Origin: a virus
Taxonomy: Duplodnaviria > Caudoviricetes
Direction: 5' to 3' (one strand)
Virus record (IMG/VR): IMGVR_UViG_3300037424_000723
Location: 1-64,000 of that record
DNA: 64,000 bases
The notes beneath the pieces were generated by a model. It saw only the letters and a list, made by a program, of their open reading frames with translations, was not told the DNA's origin and ran no database searches. The position numbers and the translations under genes were made by a program. Shown piece after piece: positions 8,717 to 17,512 of this stretch (position 1 is its first letter; the number at the start of each line of letters is the position of its first letter).

Positions 8717-10702
8717 TTACGCTGGTACTTTAGCCGGTCTACCGCGCCGCTTCTCTGGTACTAACAGCGTTGGTTCACTCAACTCCACTTTAGGCGTATC
8801 AGGGGTTTTAACCTCATTGGGTATCAACCGGAATAAGTCGGGCCGTGCCTGTTGATCGAGCCGATGTACTAAAAACCTGTCACCCTTACGCCGGGAATAC
8901 CCCTTATACTCAAGTACCTTATTGGGATTAGCCGGGTCAGTTTGCCGGGTAGGACTAGATAGCTTTTGCCCGTAATTGTCACGCATAGCGGAGCCGCTAA
9001 AATCAAACTCTATCATTACAAAATCAGCGTCGTTTGAACCGGCTGCCATTTGCCCGGTCACTGTCTGCTGTTGTCGTTTTGCGCCGCAATTACAACCCAC
9101 TGTTTCTAATCCTTCATACTTGAGTTTTATGTATTGTATCATGTCTTTATGTGCTTGTAAAGAGGCTTCATCTGTTACCGCACTTTTCTCTCTACGCTGC
9201 CCTTTGTGATAGGCATACATAATCAAATGTTCCGGCACTCGGTAGAAACAATGCCCAGCGCGGGCCATGCGCCAGAAGTAATCAACATCCTCCCACGTTG
9301 CCATAGTTTCATCAAATCCACCGATAGCATTATGCCAAACTTTGGGGATTAGACAGGATACTAAGCACCAGTGGTAATAAGGCATATTGGGGTTAGAGGG
9401 GTCTAGCTCTGGCTGGCGTTGGGCAAGATTAGGGTCAAAGTCGGCAGATTGGGCCTTGAAAACAGCAGTGCCTTTTTTGTGATTATAGCCAACTAGCTTA
9501 TCTCCAAACTCTTTTTCAGCCGCCTCGTAATCCCATATCGCCTTGCCCAGGTAATCGCTATAAATGATGCCCTCATTAGCGTTCCACGCCTGTATGAATT
9601 TATCCAATGCGTGAGCATCGGCCAAAACGTCATCGGCGTCAAGGAAGAACAGGAGAGGCGCACGGGCCACACTTGCCCCCCAGTTACGGGCAAATCCAGC
9701 GCCCTTACCCCCACCCGTAAAGCAATCCCGTACATAGGGATAGGCTACTTTGAGCCGGTCAATCCAGCCATGAGGATCTGCCTTGTCGAACACATCAGAG
9801 ACTACAATCGCTTCCCATTTGCGGAAGTGCTGCATTTCCAGGCTATCGAGCGCGTTTTGTGCTTCTAGCTCATGGCCCGGTCCAACGGGAATAATCACAC
9901 TGATAGCCGGGTCATCGTATTGAGAAACGGCGTGTGAATATTTTTTGGGGGTTGCCCAAGATGCAAAAGGGTGTTTTCCATCCTTAGCCCAGGGATACAT
10001 ACTGAGCCAATCAATTTCTTGATAATCTGGGTTGCCAGATGCGTTACCTTGCCCCATAGAATAGTTAAATAATGGCTCGGTTGTCACCTGTTTGGCATTA
10101 AAACCAATAGAGCAAATGGCAGACCAAAATGCAGCATCTTCACTACCCGCGCCGTATGGAGCATAACGAGACTTATAGCCCCCTACACGCTGCCAGGCGT
10201 CACGCCGAAATACGCAACAGGTAGGAACTTGGTTCTGCTTGAAGGTGTAGGTTAATTGGGCATCAGGGTTAAACTTATGAGGCCATTCGCTTGGCTGACT
10301 TGTGCCATCAGGGTTATGTGTCATCAAGCCGGTGTAGGCTATACCGAGGCTTCTGTCTTGCTCTAATGCGTTGACACATACCTCTAAAAATGTTGGCTCA
10401 ATAAAGTCATCTCCATCTAATGTACAGACAAAAGGCGCATCGGTTAGAGATATGCCATAATTGCGAGTAGGTGAAACATTTCCAAATTCCACCCGTTCAT
10501 ACCTAAAGCGCTTATCACTAGCTATTTCAGTTAAGATAATTTCACTCGAATTATCAGAACTTGAATCGTCAACAATGATACAAGATAAATTATTTATGGT
10601 TTGAGATTTGACACTATCAATAGCCCGTTTAATGGTACTTGCTTTTTGATGGCAGGGGATGACCACGCAAACCAGTGGAGGAGGTAGACTTAAATCACTC
10701 AT
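8717..10702 (-). CDS. Glycosyltransferase with two GT2 domains
   Basis: VVIPCHQ...IIVDDSSSD...TLDGDD and SVIIPVG...FFLDADD...EDVDYFWR. Confidence 0.92.
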   Translation of the reverse strand: MSDLSLPPPLVCVVIPCHQKASTIKRAIDSVKSQTINNLSCIIVDDSSSDNSSEIILTEIASDKRFRYERVEFGNVSPTRNYGISLTDAPFVCTLDGDDFIEPTFLEVCVNALEQDRSLGIAYTGLMTHNPDGTSQPSEWPHKFNPDAQLTYTFKQNQVPTCCVFRRDAWQRVGGYKSRYAPYGAGSEDAAFWSAICSIGFNAKQVTTEPLFNYSMGQGNASGNPDYQEIDWLSMYPWAKDGKHPFASWATPKKYSHAVSQYDDPAISVIIPVGPGHELEAQNALDSLEMQHFRKWEAIVVSDVFDKADPHGWIDRLKVAYPYVRDCFTGGGKGAGFARNWGASVARAPLLFFLDADDVLADAHALDKFIQAWNANEGIIYSDYLGKAIWDYEAAEKEFGDKLVGYNHKKGTAVFKAQSADFDPNLAQRQPELDPSNPNMPYYHWCLVSCLIPKVWHNAIGGFDETMATWEDVDYFWRMARAGHCFYRVPEHLIMYAYHKGQRREKSAVTDEASLQAHKDMIQYIKLKYEGLETVGCNCGAKRQQQTVTGQMAAGSNDADFVMIEFDFSGSAMRDNYGQKLSSPTRQTDPANPNKVLEYKGYSRRKGDRFLVHRLDQQARPDLFRLIPNEVKTPDTPKVELSEPTLLVPEKRRGRPAKVPA

Positions 10703-10713
10703 TATGGTATAAT
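10685..10713 (+). promoter_or_regulatory. Sigma70-type promoter of the antisense nuclease
   Basis: TAGACT-17-TATAAT; the -35 and spacer lie within the first codons of the divergent GT2 gene. Confidence 0.7.
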
Positions 10714-10718
10714 TATCC

Positions 10719-10828
10719 TTGTCACAAGTTGGTAAATATTGCCGGTATAATCTATACTTAACTTACTAAGCGCTTTGTGCTGCCAACTTGTGACAAATGA
10801 GGCAATCGCACAGGGCGCTTTGTATTTT
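10719..10828 (+). promoter_or_regulatory. Structured leader/attenuator 2
   Basis: 14-bp IR 10719-10732/10783-10796; hairpin 10768-10780/10808-10820 followed by TGTATTTT. Confidence 0.7.
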
Positions 10829-10837
10829 GAGGTAGAA

Positions 10838-11275
10838 ATGAAACGATGTAGTAAGTGCAAAGAACTGAAAAACATAAGTGAATTTGGCAAAAACAAGAGT
10901 GAAAAGGATGGCCTACAGGATGCTTGTAAAAATTGCCGAAAAGCATATTATCAAATACCAAAAATAAAAACAAAGCACAATGAGACATCCAAGAAATATA
11001 AGCAATCTCAATCTGGAAAAATAACGGTTAAAAAATCATCTTCAAAAAGACGTAAGAATAACCCTGCTTGGTACAAAGCTACCAACGCAGTAAATAACGC
11101 CATTAGAGACGGAAAATTACCCAAAATATCCACATTAAAATGTAGCAATTGTCCTAATCAGGCCCATGACTATCATCATTATTTGGGGTATGGCCTTATA
11201 CATTGGCTTGATGTAATTCCTGTATGCCGGAAATGTCACGTTGATATAACTCTACGGGAATCTTCATCGGCCTAA
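10838..11275 (+). CDS. Zn-ribbon plus HNH-like endonuclease, antisense to the operon
   Basis: KRCSKCKELK...DGLQDACKNC N-terminus; CSNC...HH..GY...LDVIPVCRKCH; RBS GAGGT before ATG 10838. Confidence 0.8.
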   Translation: MKRCSKCKELKNISEFGKNKSEKDGLQDACKNCRKAYYQIPKIKTKHNETSKKYKQSQSGKITVKKSSSKRRKNNPAWYKATNAVNNAIRDGKLPKISTLKCSNCPNQAHDYHHYLGYGLIHWLDVIPVCRKCHVDITLRESSSA

Positions 11276-12203
11276 CGTCCTCTGCCATTGTCAGCCGGTA
11301 AACCCCTGCCACTAACTCACAAGCCCTTTGCCAAGTCCATTGCTTGGCTAATTCCCGGCCGTTTGAACCCAGTACCTTGCGATGCTTTATGCAGTAATTT
11401 AGCCCCTCACACAGATCATCTACATCCCCCGGTTTAGCTAGATAACCGTTGACACCGTGCTGTACCAGTTGCGAGTTGCCGCCCCAGTCCCAACCGAGTA
11501 CAGGGACGCCAGAGGCAAGGGATTCCAAAACGGAAATTCCAAAAGTTTCCTTGCTTGTGGACAGGTAAACGCCCGCGCCTTGAGTATAAAGCTTCATTTG
11601 CTCATAAGGTGTTTTACCGCCTGTCTCAATAATCTTGAAGTTATTGGGCCACATATTATGAGGAAGTTTGCTTAAGTTAGGCGTGGTAAAAGTAGATACA
11701 AAGGTGACATCTCTAAAGCGCGGTATGAGTATGTCAAGAATAGAGTTTGAAACTACATCACTGTTGTTGCGGTTTTTATTCCAGAGCACATAACCCTGAT
11801 TGGGTTCTTTGTGCTGCCATTCATCCCAATCAACGCCATGCGGTATGACATGGGCAGGTTTACGCAAATCCCTTTTGAATGTCTCGTTGACCCACACGCT
11901 GGGTACAGTTATCTCTTTAGCGTTGCGAATTGCCTCGATAACCCGACTATTAACGTGCCATTCCCATTCATCACAGGGAACATCCCCACACCAGTACAAG
12001 CCATGACAATGACAAATTTCCGCTTCACCACCCGTTATACCTGCATGTGCTGCCCTTAAATCAAAGGTTATGGCATCAGGGTCAACTAGCTCTATTCCAA
12101 ATTGGGGCAAATGTTGGAAGTATTTTCTAATGACCGTATGAATACCTGAAACGGCGCTGCCTATGTCGTTTAAGTGTGGCGTCATAAGAACTTTGATTGT
12201 CAT
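11196..12203 (-). CDS. GT4-family glycosyltransferase
   Basis: ETFGISVLESLASGVPVLGWDWGG...VQHGVNGYL. Confidence 0.92.
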   Translation of the reverse strand: MTIKVLMTPHLNDIGSAVSGIHTVIRKYFQHLPQFGIELVDPDAITFDLRAAHAGITGGEAEICHCHGLYWCGDVPCDEWEWHVNSRVIEAIRNAKEITVPSVWVNETFKRDLRKPAHVIPHGVDWDEWQHKEPNQGYVLWNKNRNNSDVVSNSILDILIPRFRDVTFVSTFTTPNLSKLPHNMWPNNFKIIETGGKTPYEQMKLYTQGAGVYLSTSKETFGISVLESLASGVPVLGWDWGGNSQLVQHGVNGYLAKPGDVDDLCEGLNYCIKHRKVLGSNGRELAKQWTWQRACELVAGVYRLTMAEDVRPMKIPVELYQRDISGIQELHQANV

Positions 12204-12394
12204 TTTTGTTCTACCAATATTAATTTAACGTATGGTAATTCTTCCTTATCAAATACCCATACTCGATTAAGTGCAACATATTTTTTCCAATTATCATATC
12301 GTTCTAAGTGAACAATATCTGAGTTCTGAGGTAAAACATCTAGCTCAGTTTCGCCCAAATCCTCACCATTGCACTCAAAAATCACTTTAATCAT
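12200..12394 (-). CDS. Hypothetical protein
   Basis: Coupled small ORF. Confidence 0.6.
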   Translation of the reverse strand: MIKVIFECNGEDLGETELDVLPQNSDIVHLERYDNWKKYVALNRVWVFDKEELPYVKLILVEQK

Positions 12395-12713
12395 TATCGC
12401 CCTTAAAGAACTTCATCAGCCTGTCAGGTTCACTTGCTGCAAAATCTTTTTGAACAGGTTGCTCCATTGTATCCTTTAATCTATCCAGGTAACTTTGCAT
12501 CGCATTGATATTAAATAATCCTTCAATGTATACCCTTACAGCTAAAAACAAAGGCGACAAGTCGTTATTATTTCTCAACTCAGGATACATTTTGAACATA
12601 TCAACCTGCGATTCACCCTCAATAGCCCTTTGAAGTTCATAGATTGTATTATACTCCGGCGGACTTAGCTCCACGATATAGTTACCATCTGTTGATCGTC
12701 CAATGTCTTTCAT
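12387..12713 (-). CDS. Hypothetical protein
   Basis: Coupled ORF with RBS. Confidence 0.6.
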   Translation of the reverse strand: MKDIGRSTDGNYIVELSPPEYNTIYELQRAIEGESQVDMFKMYPELRNNNDLSPLFLAVRVYIEGLFNINAMQSYLDRLKDTMEQPVQKDFAASEPDRLMKFFKGDND

Positions 12714-12930
12714 AACTCTACCCCTACCTGTTTACTCTCTGATTTTATAGGTTCAAAGTTTCCGCATTGCCCATTATGCCGAATGAATATAGATTTTAGA
12801 CTACAAAATGCTGACTTGTCACTATAGTCATTACTGTTGAGCATATTGAATCTAAACCTACATTGGCGCAAGTTACCTTGACAATTTGATCGAAGTCCAA
12901 GAGTATTCTTATGTCATTTAGTGCTGCCAT
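12710..12930 (-). pseudogene. Frameshifted small Cys-containing gene (DUF1540-like)
   Basis: MAALND...VTCANVG in one frame continues as RFNML...FCSLKSIFIRHNGQCGNFEP in the -1 frame; span of 221 nt fills the gap exactly. Confidence 0.45.
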
Positions 12931-13654
12931 CTACCCCCACCTGATAAAACGCATTTTCTTGATACGGATGCGCGTAAAATAGCCAATCAATCCCCACCGT
13001 TGCCCCGGCAAACTGTTGGAACCACGTCGCATTGTCTACCCCCTCGTATTCATAACTAGAGGCGAATAGATACTCTTTTGCTGCCACTTGTGACAATAAT
13101 CTTTCTCGCTCTGGTATTGGCATCTCGCTTAGAGAATGTGAAGCGATAAGCAAATCACAGGATTGAGGCAATGAATCCCATTGTATGATACCCTGTCCTT
13201 TTACGTCTTTGGTTGTTTCAGTTAAATAATAACGCTGGATTGTCTCAAGTTCCGGCAAGTCAACGATATGATACAATCCCCTAAACCCTAGCCGGTAAAT
13301 TATCAAGGCCATTGCCCCGTAACCCGCGCCTATCTCGACAATCGTATGTATCTGGGTTATATCCTGCTTAGTCCGGTCTAGCCATTGTTTAAGATGATAA
13401 GCTTGATGGATTAAATTAGTACAGCTTGCATATCCATTCCCGGAATGAAGTGTATCACGACTAAATCCATCCCACCTAACTGGCATCATCCACTTATTCC
13501 AGTCTGTAGCCAATTCGTTATACTCAGGTGTGACATGTGGCGCATTGCCGACAAACATAGTCGCCTGGATCGTTGACCACTGTAGGAAGTTATCTAGGCT
13601 TTCATTAGCGAGATGCGCTCTGAGTGATTGCCGGTAATTATCCCAATTTGTCAT
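12914..13654 (-). CDS. Putative sugar O-methyltransferase
   Basis: TNLIHQAYHL...IVEIGAGYGAMA...IVDLPE...ASHSLSEMP. Confidence 0.75.
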   Translation of the reverse strand: MTNWDNYRQSLRAHLANESLDNFLQWSTIQATMFVGNAPHVTPEYNELATDWNKWMMPVRWDGFSRDTLHSGNGYASCTNLIHQAYHLKQWLDRTKQDITQIHTIVEIGAGYGAMALIIYRLGFRGLYHIVDLPELETIQRYYLTETTKDVKGQGIIQWDSLPQSCDLLIASHSLSEMPIPERERLLSQVAAKEYLFASSYEYEGVDNATWFQQFAGATVGIDWLFYAHPYQENAFYQVGVDGSTK

Positions 13655-14354
13655 TATATCCTAATTTCTCCATCATCCATCCAAATTCATTCCAAATTTG
13701 CTCATTCATTGCAGGCGTAAAATAATTGCGCCAGTTACCGACAATGCCAGTATGTATATTTTGCCGGCGTAGTTCGGCTTCATTGTCACCTATTTCAGCC
13801 TTACGAGTAGCAAAGGATTGACGTTTGATCGCCTGAATAAGCCTGTTATCTTCATACTGTACATCAATTCGTCTCAAGGCGCGTTGGATCCAAAATTGAG
13901 GGTAATCTAATAATCGCTCATAGGTCATTATGGTCATTCTACGATTGCCCAGATAATACCACTTCTCGCAATATTCATCCCACCGACCACAGCCGGCCAC
14001 GTCACCCCGTATCATTCGCTCTAAAAACACCTCATTGCTTACCTGCCAATGATACGCCCCGCTTACGCAGATAGCACGCGGGTCACGCACCAAAAAGATT
14101 ATTTTTTCATCGGTTAATTGTTTCCAGGCTAATTGATGCGCTTGCGGCACAAGCGCCCCCGCATCATCGTCTATTAAAGTGAAATGCCCGCGCCGAATAA
14201 GGTAAGGCCCAGGGCGCTTCCTGGTTACAATCCCAATCTCTGCCGGGGTAGATTCAATTGTAGATGAATTGAGCGCGTCACCCAATAGATTAGTAAGCCA
14301 AGTTGAGCCACTTTTGGGATAGGCGCTTATTATGATCTCAGGTTTTGGCTTAAT
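13638..14354 (-). CDS. PAPS-dependent sulfotransferase with non-canonical start (ATT candidate)
   Basis: In-frame IIISAYPKSGSTWL (5'-PSB) lies upstream of the ORF-track start; RDPRAICVS (3'-PB); GIVGNWRNYFT. Confidence 0.85.
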   Translation of the reverse strand: MKPKPEIIISAYPKSGSTWLTNLLGDALNSSTIESTPAEIGIVTRKRPGPYLIRRGHFTLIDDDAGALVPQAHQLAWKQLTDEKIIFLVRDPRAICVSGAYHWQVSNEVFLERMIRGDVAGCGRWDEYCEKWYYLGNRRMTIMTYERLLDYPQFWIQRALRRIDVQYEDNRLIQAIKRQSFATRKAEIGDNEAELRRQNIHTGIVGNWRNYFTPAMNEQIWNEFGWMMEKLGYNDKLG

Positions 14355-14365
14355 TGTTCACAACC

Positions 14366-14668
14366 TTATATTTTATCGTCAACATATATATTAGCCTCAT
14401 CTTTATGCACCCATTGATAACCCGCAAATGTAGCCCACTCTAATTGCATCCTAATTTCTAATGGCGTATCGGGATTTGTCATCAACTCAAATACTTCTCT
14501 GGATGCGATATGAGTACGCCTATATTCCCAATCGGGACTTTTCATCTTTTCTTCTTCATCTTTGGCATGTTTTATCATCTGCTCTTGTATACGCCGAAAT
14601 GTATCAATAAGACTAGGCGGTTCTTTATTTGAATCATAATCAAAGTTCACAAGAGTAGTGTCATCCAT
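14366..14668 (-). CDS. Hypothetical protein
   Basis: Coupled 100 aa ORF. Confidence 0.6.
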   Translation of the reverse strand: MDDTTLVNFDYDSNKEPPSLIDTFRRIQEQMIKHAKDEEEKMKSPDWEYRRTHIASREVFELMTNPDTPLEIRMQLEWATFAGYQWVHKDEANIYVDDKI

Positions 14669-15365
14669 TGGAATAATCCTCTTTTAATCGCCTCAATCCA
14701 TCCTCAGTAATCACAAAGCTGATTAAGGTATCAACGTGCAAAGCTACCTCGAAATAAGGGCACAGGAATTTACGCACCGCCCTATCTACACCCGGCCAGG
14801 GTAACGGGTGCATAACCTTACCAGTTAGTTGACCACTGGCATACACCCGCTTCTTATCAAAGTCGTGTACTGCCATAATGCCACCGGGTTTAATGTTGGG
14901 CAACCAGGCCAGTATGTCACCTTTTGCGCCTCGGTAGGAATGTGAGCCATCTATGAATACCATATCCACTAAATGTTTGTTTTGACCCCAAAGTCTAACC
15001 TCAAAATCAAACAATGGGGGTTTTTGCCACATCAAACCAATAGCTTTGCTATCACCCTGCATTTGAAAAAAACGATTATTACTGTATAGCCTTGTTTCTG
15101 GAAATGCCTTGTTGATTATTCTTTGTTCGGCTACTAAACAGCCAAATGGGCTATCATCTCTTTGTATATCAATAGTCCATAGTTTCAAATCCGGTCTACT
15201 CTCCATAAATGCCAGTCCGCTAGTGCCCGCGCCCGCGCCTAAATTTATAACCGTAGGATTATCAGGGAGTAACTTTGCTAGTTCCTTCAATGATCTTAAT
15301 TCATTTTCTGTTAAGTACCCAAAAGCTTGCTGTAAAGTGTCTGATGAATGTATCATTTGTGCCAT
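14661..15365 (-). CDS. Class I SAM methyltransferase (Methyltransf_24-like)
   Basis: INLGAGAGTS...VDMVFIDGSHSY...IKPGGIMAVHD. Confidence 0.88.
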   Translation of the reverse strand: MAQMIHSSDTLQQAFGYLTENELRSLKELAKLLPDNPTVINLGAGAGTSGLAFMESRPDLKLWTIDIQRDDSPFGCLVAEQRIINKAFPETRLYSNNRFFQMQGDSKAIGLMWQKPPLFDFEVRLWGQNKHLVDMVFIDGSHSYRGAKGDILAWLPNIKPGGIMAVHDFDKKRVYASGQLTGKVMHPLPWPGVDRAVRKFLCPYFEVALHVDTLISFVITEDGLRRLKEDYSNG

Positions 15366-15385
15366 CGGTTCATTTGTGATATACT
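15357..15385 (+). promoter_or_regulatory. Promoter of the NUMOD4-HNH gene
   Basis: TTGTGC-17-TATACT with extended TG; overlaps the start codon of the divergent methyltransferase. Confidence 0.65.
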
Positions 15386-15407
15386 ATAAAAAGGAGATAA
15401 AGTAAAT

Positions 15408-15953
15408 ATGGAAGAAATTTGGAGAGATATTATTGAATATGAAGGACTATACCAAGTATCGAATCTAGGCAATGTAAAAAGTATTGTTGGCATTAGAATA
15501 GATAGTAGAAGTAGAATATACAAGTTACCTCTAAAGGTACTTAAATCACAGTACGATAGATATGGTTATCTTCATGTTAGTTTATATAGACAGAAAAAGG
15601 TTAAGCATAAATTGATACATCGTTTGGTACTTGAGGCATTTATTGGTAATTGTCCTAAAGGAAACTATGCTAATCACAAAGACGGCAATCGAGCGAATAA
15701 TAAATTAAATAACCTTGAATGGTGTACTCCAAGTGAAAACAACTTACATGCCTTTAGAGTATTAAATAGAAAACCAGTTTATGTATGTGGTATAAAAAAC
15801 GCCAATGCCAAATTAACTGATGATAAAATACGATATGCAAAAGAACTAAGACAAAAAGGATTTACCTTCCAGAAAATAGCAGATGAACTAGGCATTGCAA
15901 AGTCACACGCTAAACGAATAATTGATGGTAAGTCTTGGGGGCATATTTTATAA
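15408..15953 (+). CDS. NUMOD4-HNH homing endonuclease, antisense to the operon
   Basis: EIWRDIIEYEGLYQVSNLG...IHRLVLEAFIG...NHKDGNRANNKLNNLEWCTPSEN. Confidence 0.96.
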   Translation: MEEIWRDIIEYEGLYQVSNLGNVKSIVGIRIDSRSRIYKLPLKVLKSQYDRYGYLHVSLYRQKKVKHKLIHRLVLEAFIGNCPKGNYANHKDGNRANNKLNNLEWCTPSENNLHAFRVLNRKPVYVCGIKNANAKLTDDKIRYAKELRQKGFTFQKIADELGIAKSHAKRIIDGKSWGHIL

Positions 15954-16048
15954 TCTGGCAACATCTGAACAAGCTGTTTTAACGTTGCTAATTCAGCCTC
16001 GGTAAGATAGCCAAAAGCGGCTTGTAAATCAGCACTAGTTTGAGGCAT
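15954..16048 (-). pseudogene. Orphaned original 5' end of the methyltransferase gene
   Basis: MPQTSADLQAAFGYLTEAELATLKQLVQMLPD aligns with HSSDTLQQAFGYLTENELRSLKELAKLLPD; homology ends at the HNH stop codon. Confidence 0.85.
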
Positions 16049-17159
16049 AAAACTCCCTCACCTTATCGCAAATAAAACTGACATTATCATCTGTCAACCC
16101 ACAGTGAAGCGGTAGCAATAGCGTCTCGCGCGCCGCCCGTTCTGCATTGGGTAAGCTATCGGGTAGATTGTAGGCCCAATGTAGGGGGTAATAGCGGAAG
16201 GTGCAATAAATCGAGTTGGCCTTGAGATAAGCGGCTAATTCATCACGCTTGGGGGTTTGTATCCAGTAGAAGTAAAGCGATGTTCTTTTATTTGTTCCCC
16301 AAAGCCATATGTCCGGTTGCTTTATCTGGTTCATATTCTCAAATTGATTACGATAATGAGCGCAAATATCACGCCGTCTTTCGATAAATTGGGGCAACTT
16401 CTTCAACTGTTCTAACCCCATTGCCGCTGCTATGTCATTCATCACTGACCGTCTAGCCCCGGCAATGTCTACCCCAAATTCCCACCACCTATCCTTGTTG
16501 CTATTTAGCCCGCTTGCTTCACTTGTGCCTAGATAAATCTGCTTTCTAGCTCTAGTGGCTAACTCAGTATCCTTAAGCCACAGCATGCCACCGTCGCCAG
16601 TGCTGATGATCTTCATCGCATCAAATGACCATACGCCAATGTCACCAAACGTGCCAACCGCTTGACCGTTGAAAGTCGAGGCCGGCGCATTGGCCGCATC
16701 CTCTATTAAGCGTATGCCGGGATGATAGCTCAGCAGGCTAGTTATCTCTGCCATACCACAAGGTACACCGCCATAATGATTGAGGATAAGCGCCTTAGTT
16801 TTGTTGGTTATCTTTGCCTGAATATGATCTGCCGTTACGTTTAACGTCCTGCTATTCACGTCGCAAAATACCGGAGTAGCCCCGGCTGCTATCACCGCTT
16901 GAGCTGCCCCCACAAAATGAATAGTCGGGATAATCACCTCATCACCCGGCCCAATGCCTAATAATGCTACCGCTTGAAATAGCGCCTCAGTACAAGAGTT
17001 GATTGAGACAACATTAGCCGGGTTAGAGCCGATATGCGAGGCCCATGCCGCTTCAAATTCGTCAACCTTTGGGCCTTTGCCAATCCAGCCAGATTGAAAG
17101 CTATCGGCAATAGCCAGGAGTTCATCTTGTCCAGGCGAAGGAGAGAAAACAGGTATCAT
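16035..17159 (-). CDS. DegT/DnrJ/EryC1/StrS sugar aminotransferase
   Basis: NSCTEAL...GDEVI...IEDAANA...SFDAMKIISTGDGG. Confidence 0.95.
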   Translation of the reverse strand: MIPVFSPSPGQDELLAIADSFQSGWIGKGPKVDEFEAAWASHIGSNPANVVSINSCTEALFQAVALLGIGPGDEVIIPTIHFVGAAQAVIAAGATPVFCDVNSRTLNVTADHIQAKITNKTKALILNHYGGVPCGMAEITSLLSYHPGIRLIEDAANAPASTFNGQAVGTFGDIGVWSFDAMKIISTGDGGMLWLKDTELATRARKQIYLGTSEASGLNSNKDRWWEFGVDIAGARRSVMNDIAAAMGLEQLKKLPQFIERRRDICAHYRNQFENMNQIKQPDIWLWGTNKRTSLYFYWIQTPKRDELAAYLKANSIYCTFRYYPLHWAYNLPDSLPNAERAARETLLLPLHCGLTDDNVSFICDKVREFYASN

Positions 17160-17512
17160 CTCACTTGGTCTCTAATTTCTATTGGCACATCTAATAACCA
17201 ATTGAGTAAATCAATCAACTCTGCCATATGAGTTACCTTTTTCTCATAGATTGATAATTGCTCAGGTTTTAGATTGTCAAAATCAAATTTACCACCCAAT
17301 TCATCACTTATCTTTTCATTCATAACCTCTGCTATCCAAGAGGGGCGTAAGCAATAAAGTATATCTATGTCTGTTAAGTTTTGGTCATCAATAACGATAT
17401 GAGCAAACGAATATCCAGTAGTCCAATCCCATTTAGTTATTTCATCTATTGCCTTTGTAACATCTTCAACCGTAGCCAATTCTGGCTTGGAACGTTGAAA
17501 AAGGTTGCTCAT
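17156..17512 (-). CDS. Hypothetical protein
   Basis: Coupled 118 aa ORF. Confidence 0.6.
   Translation of the reverse strand: MSNLFQRSKPELATVEDVTKAIDEITKWDWTTGYSFAHIVIDDQNLTDIDILYCLRPSWIAEVMNEKISDELGGKFDFDNLKPEQLSIYEKKVTHMAELIDLLNWLLDVPIEIRDQVR

Noticed and set aside
15779-16048. 89-aa ORF as a real protein
   Set aside because: Only the first ~32 codons are meaningful (methyltransferase remnant); the rest is the antisense of the HNH
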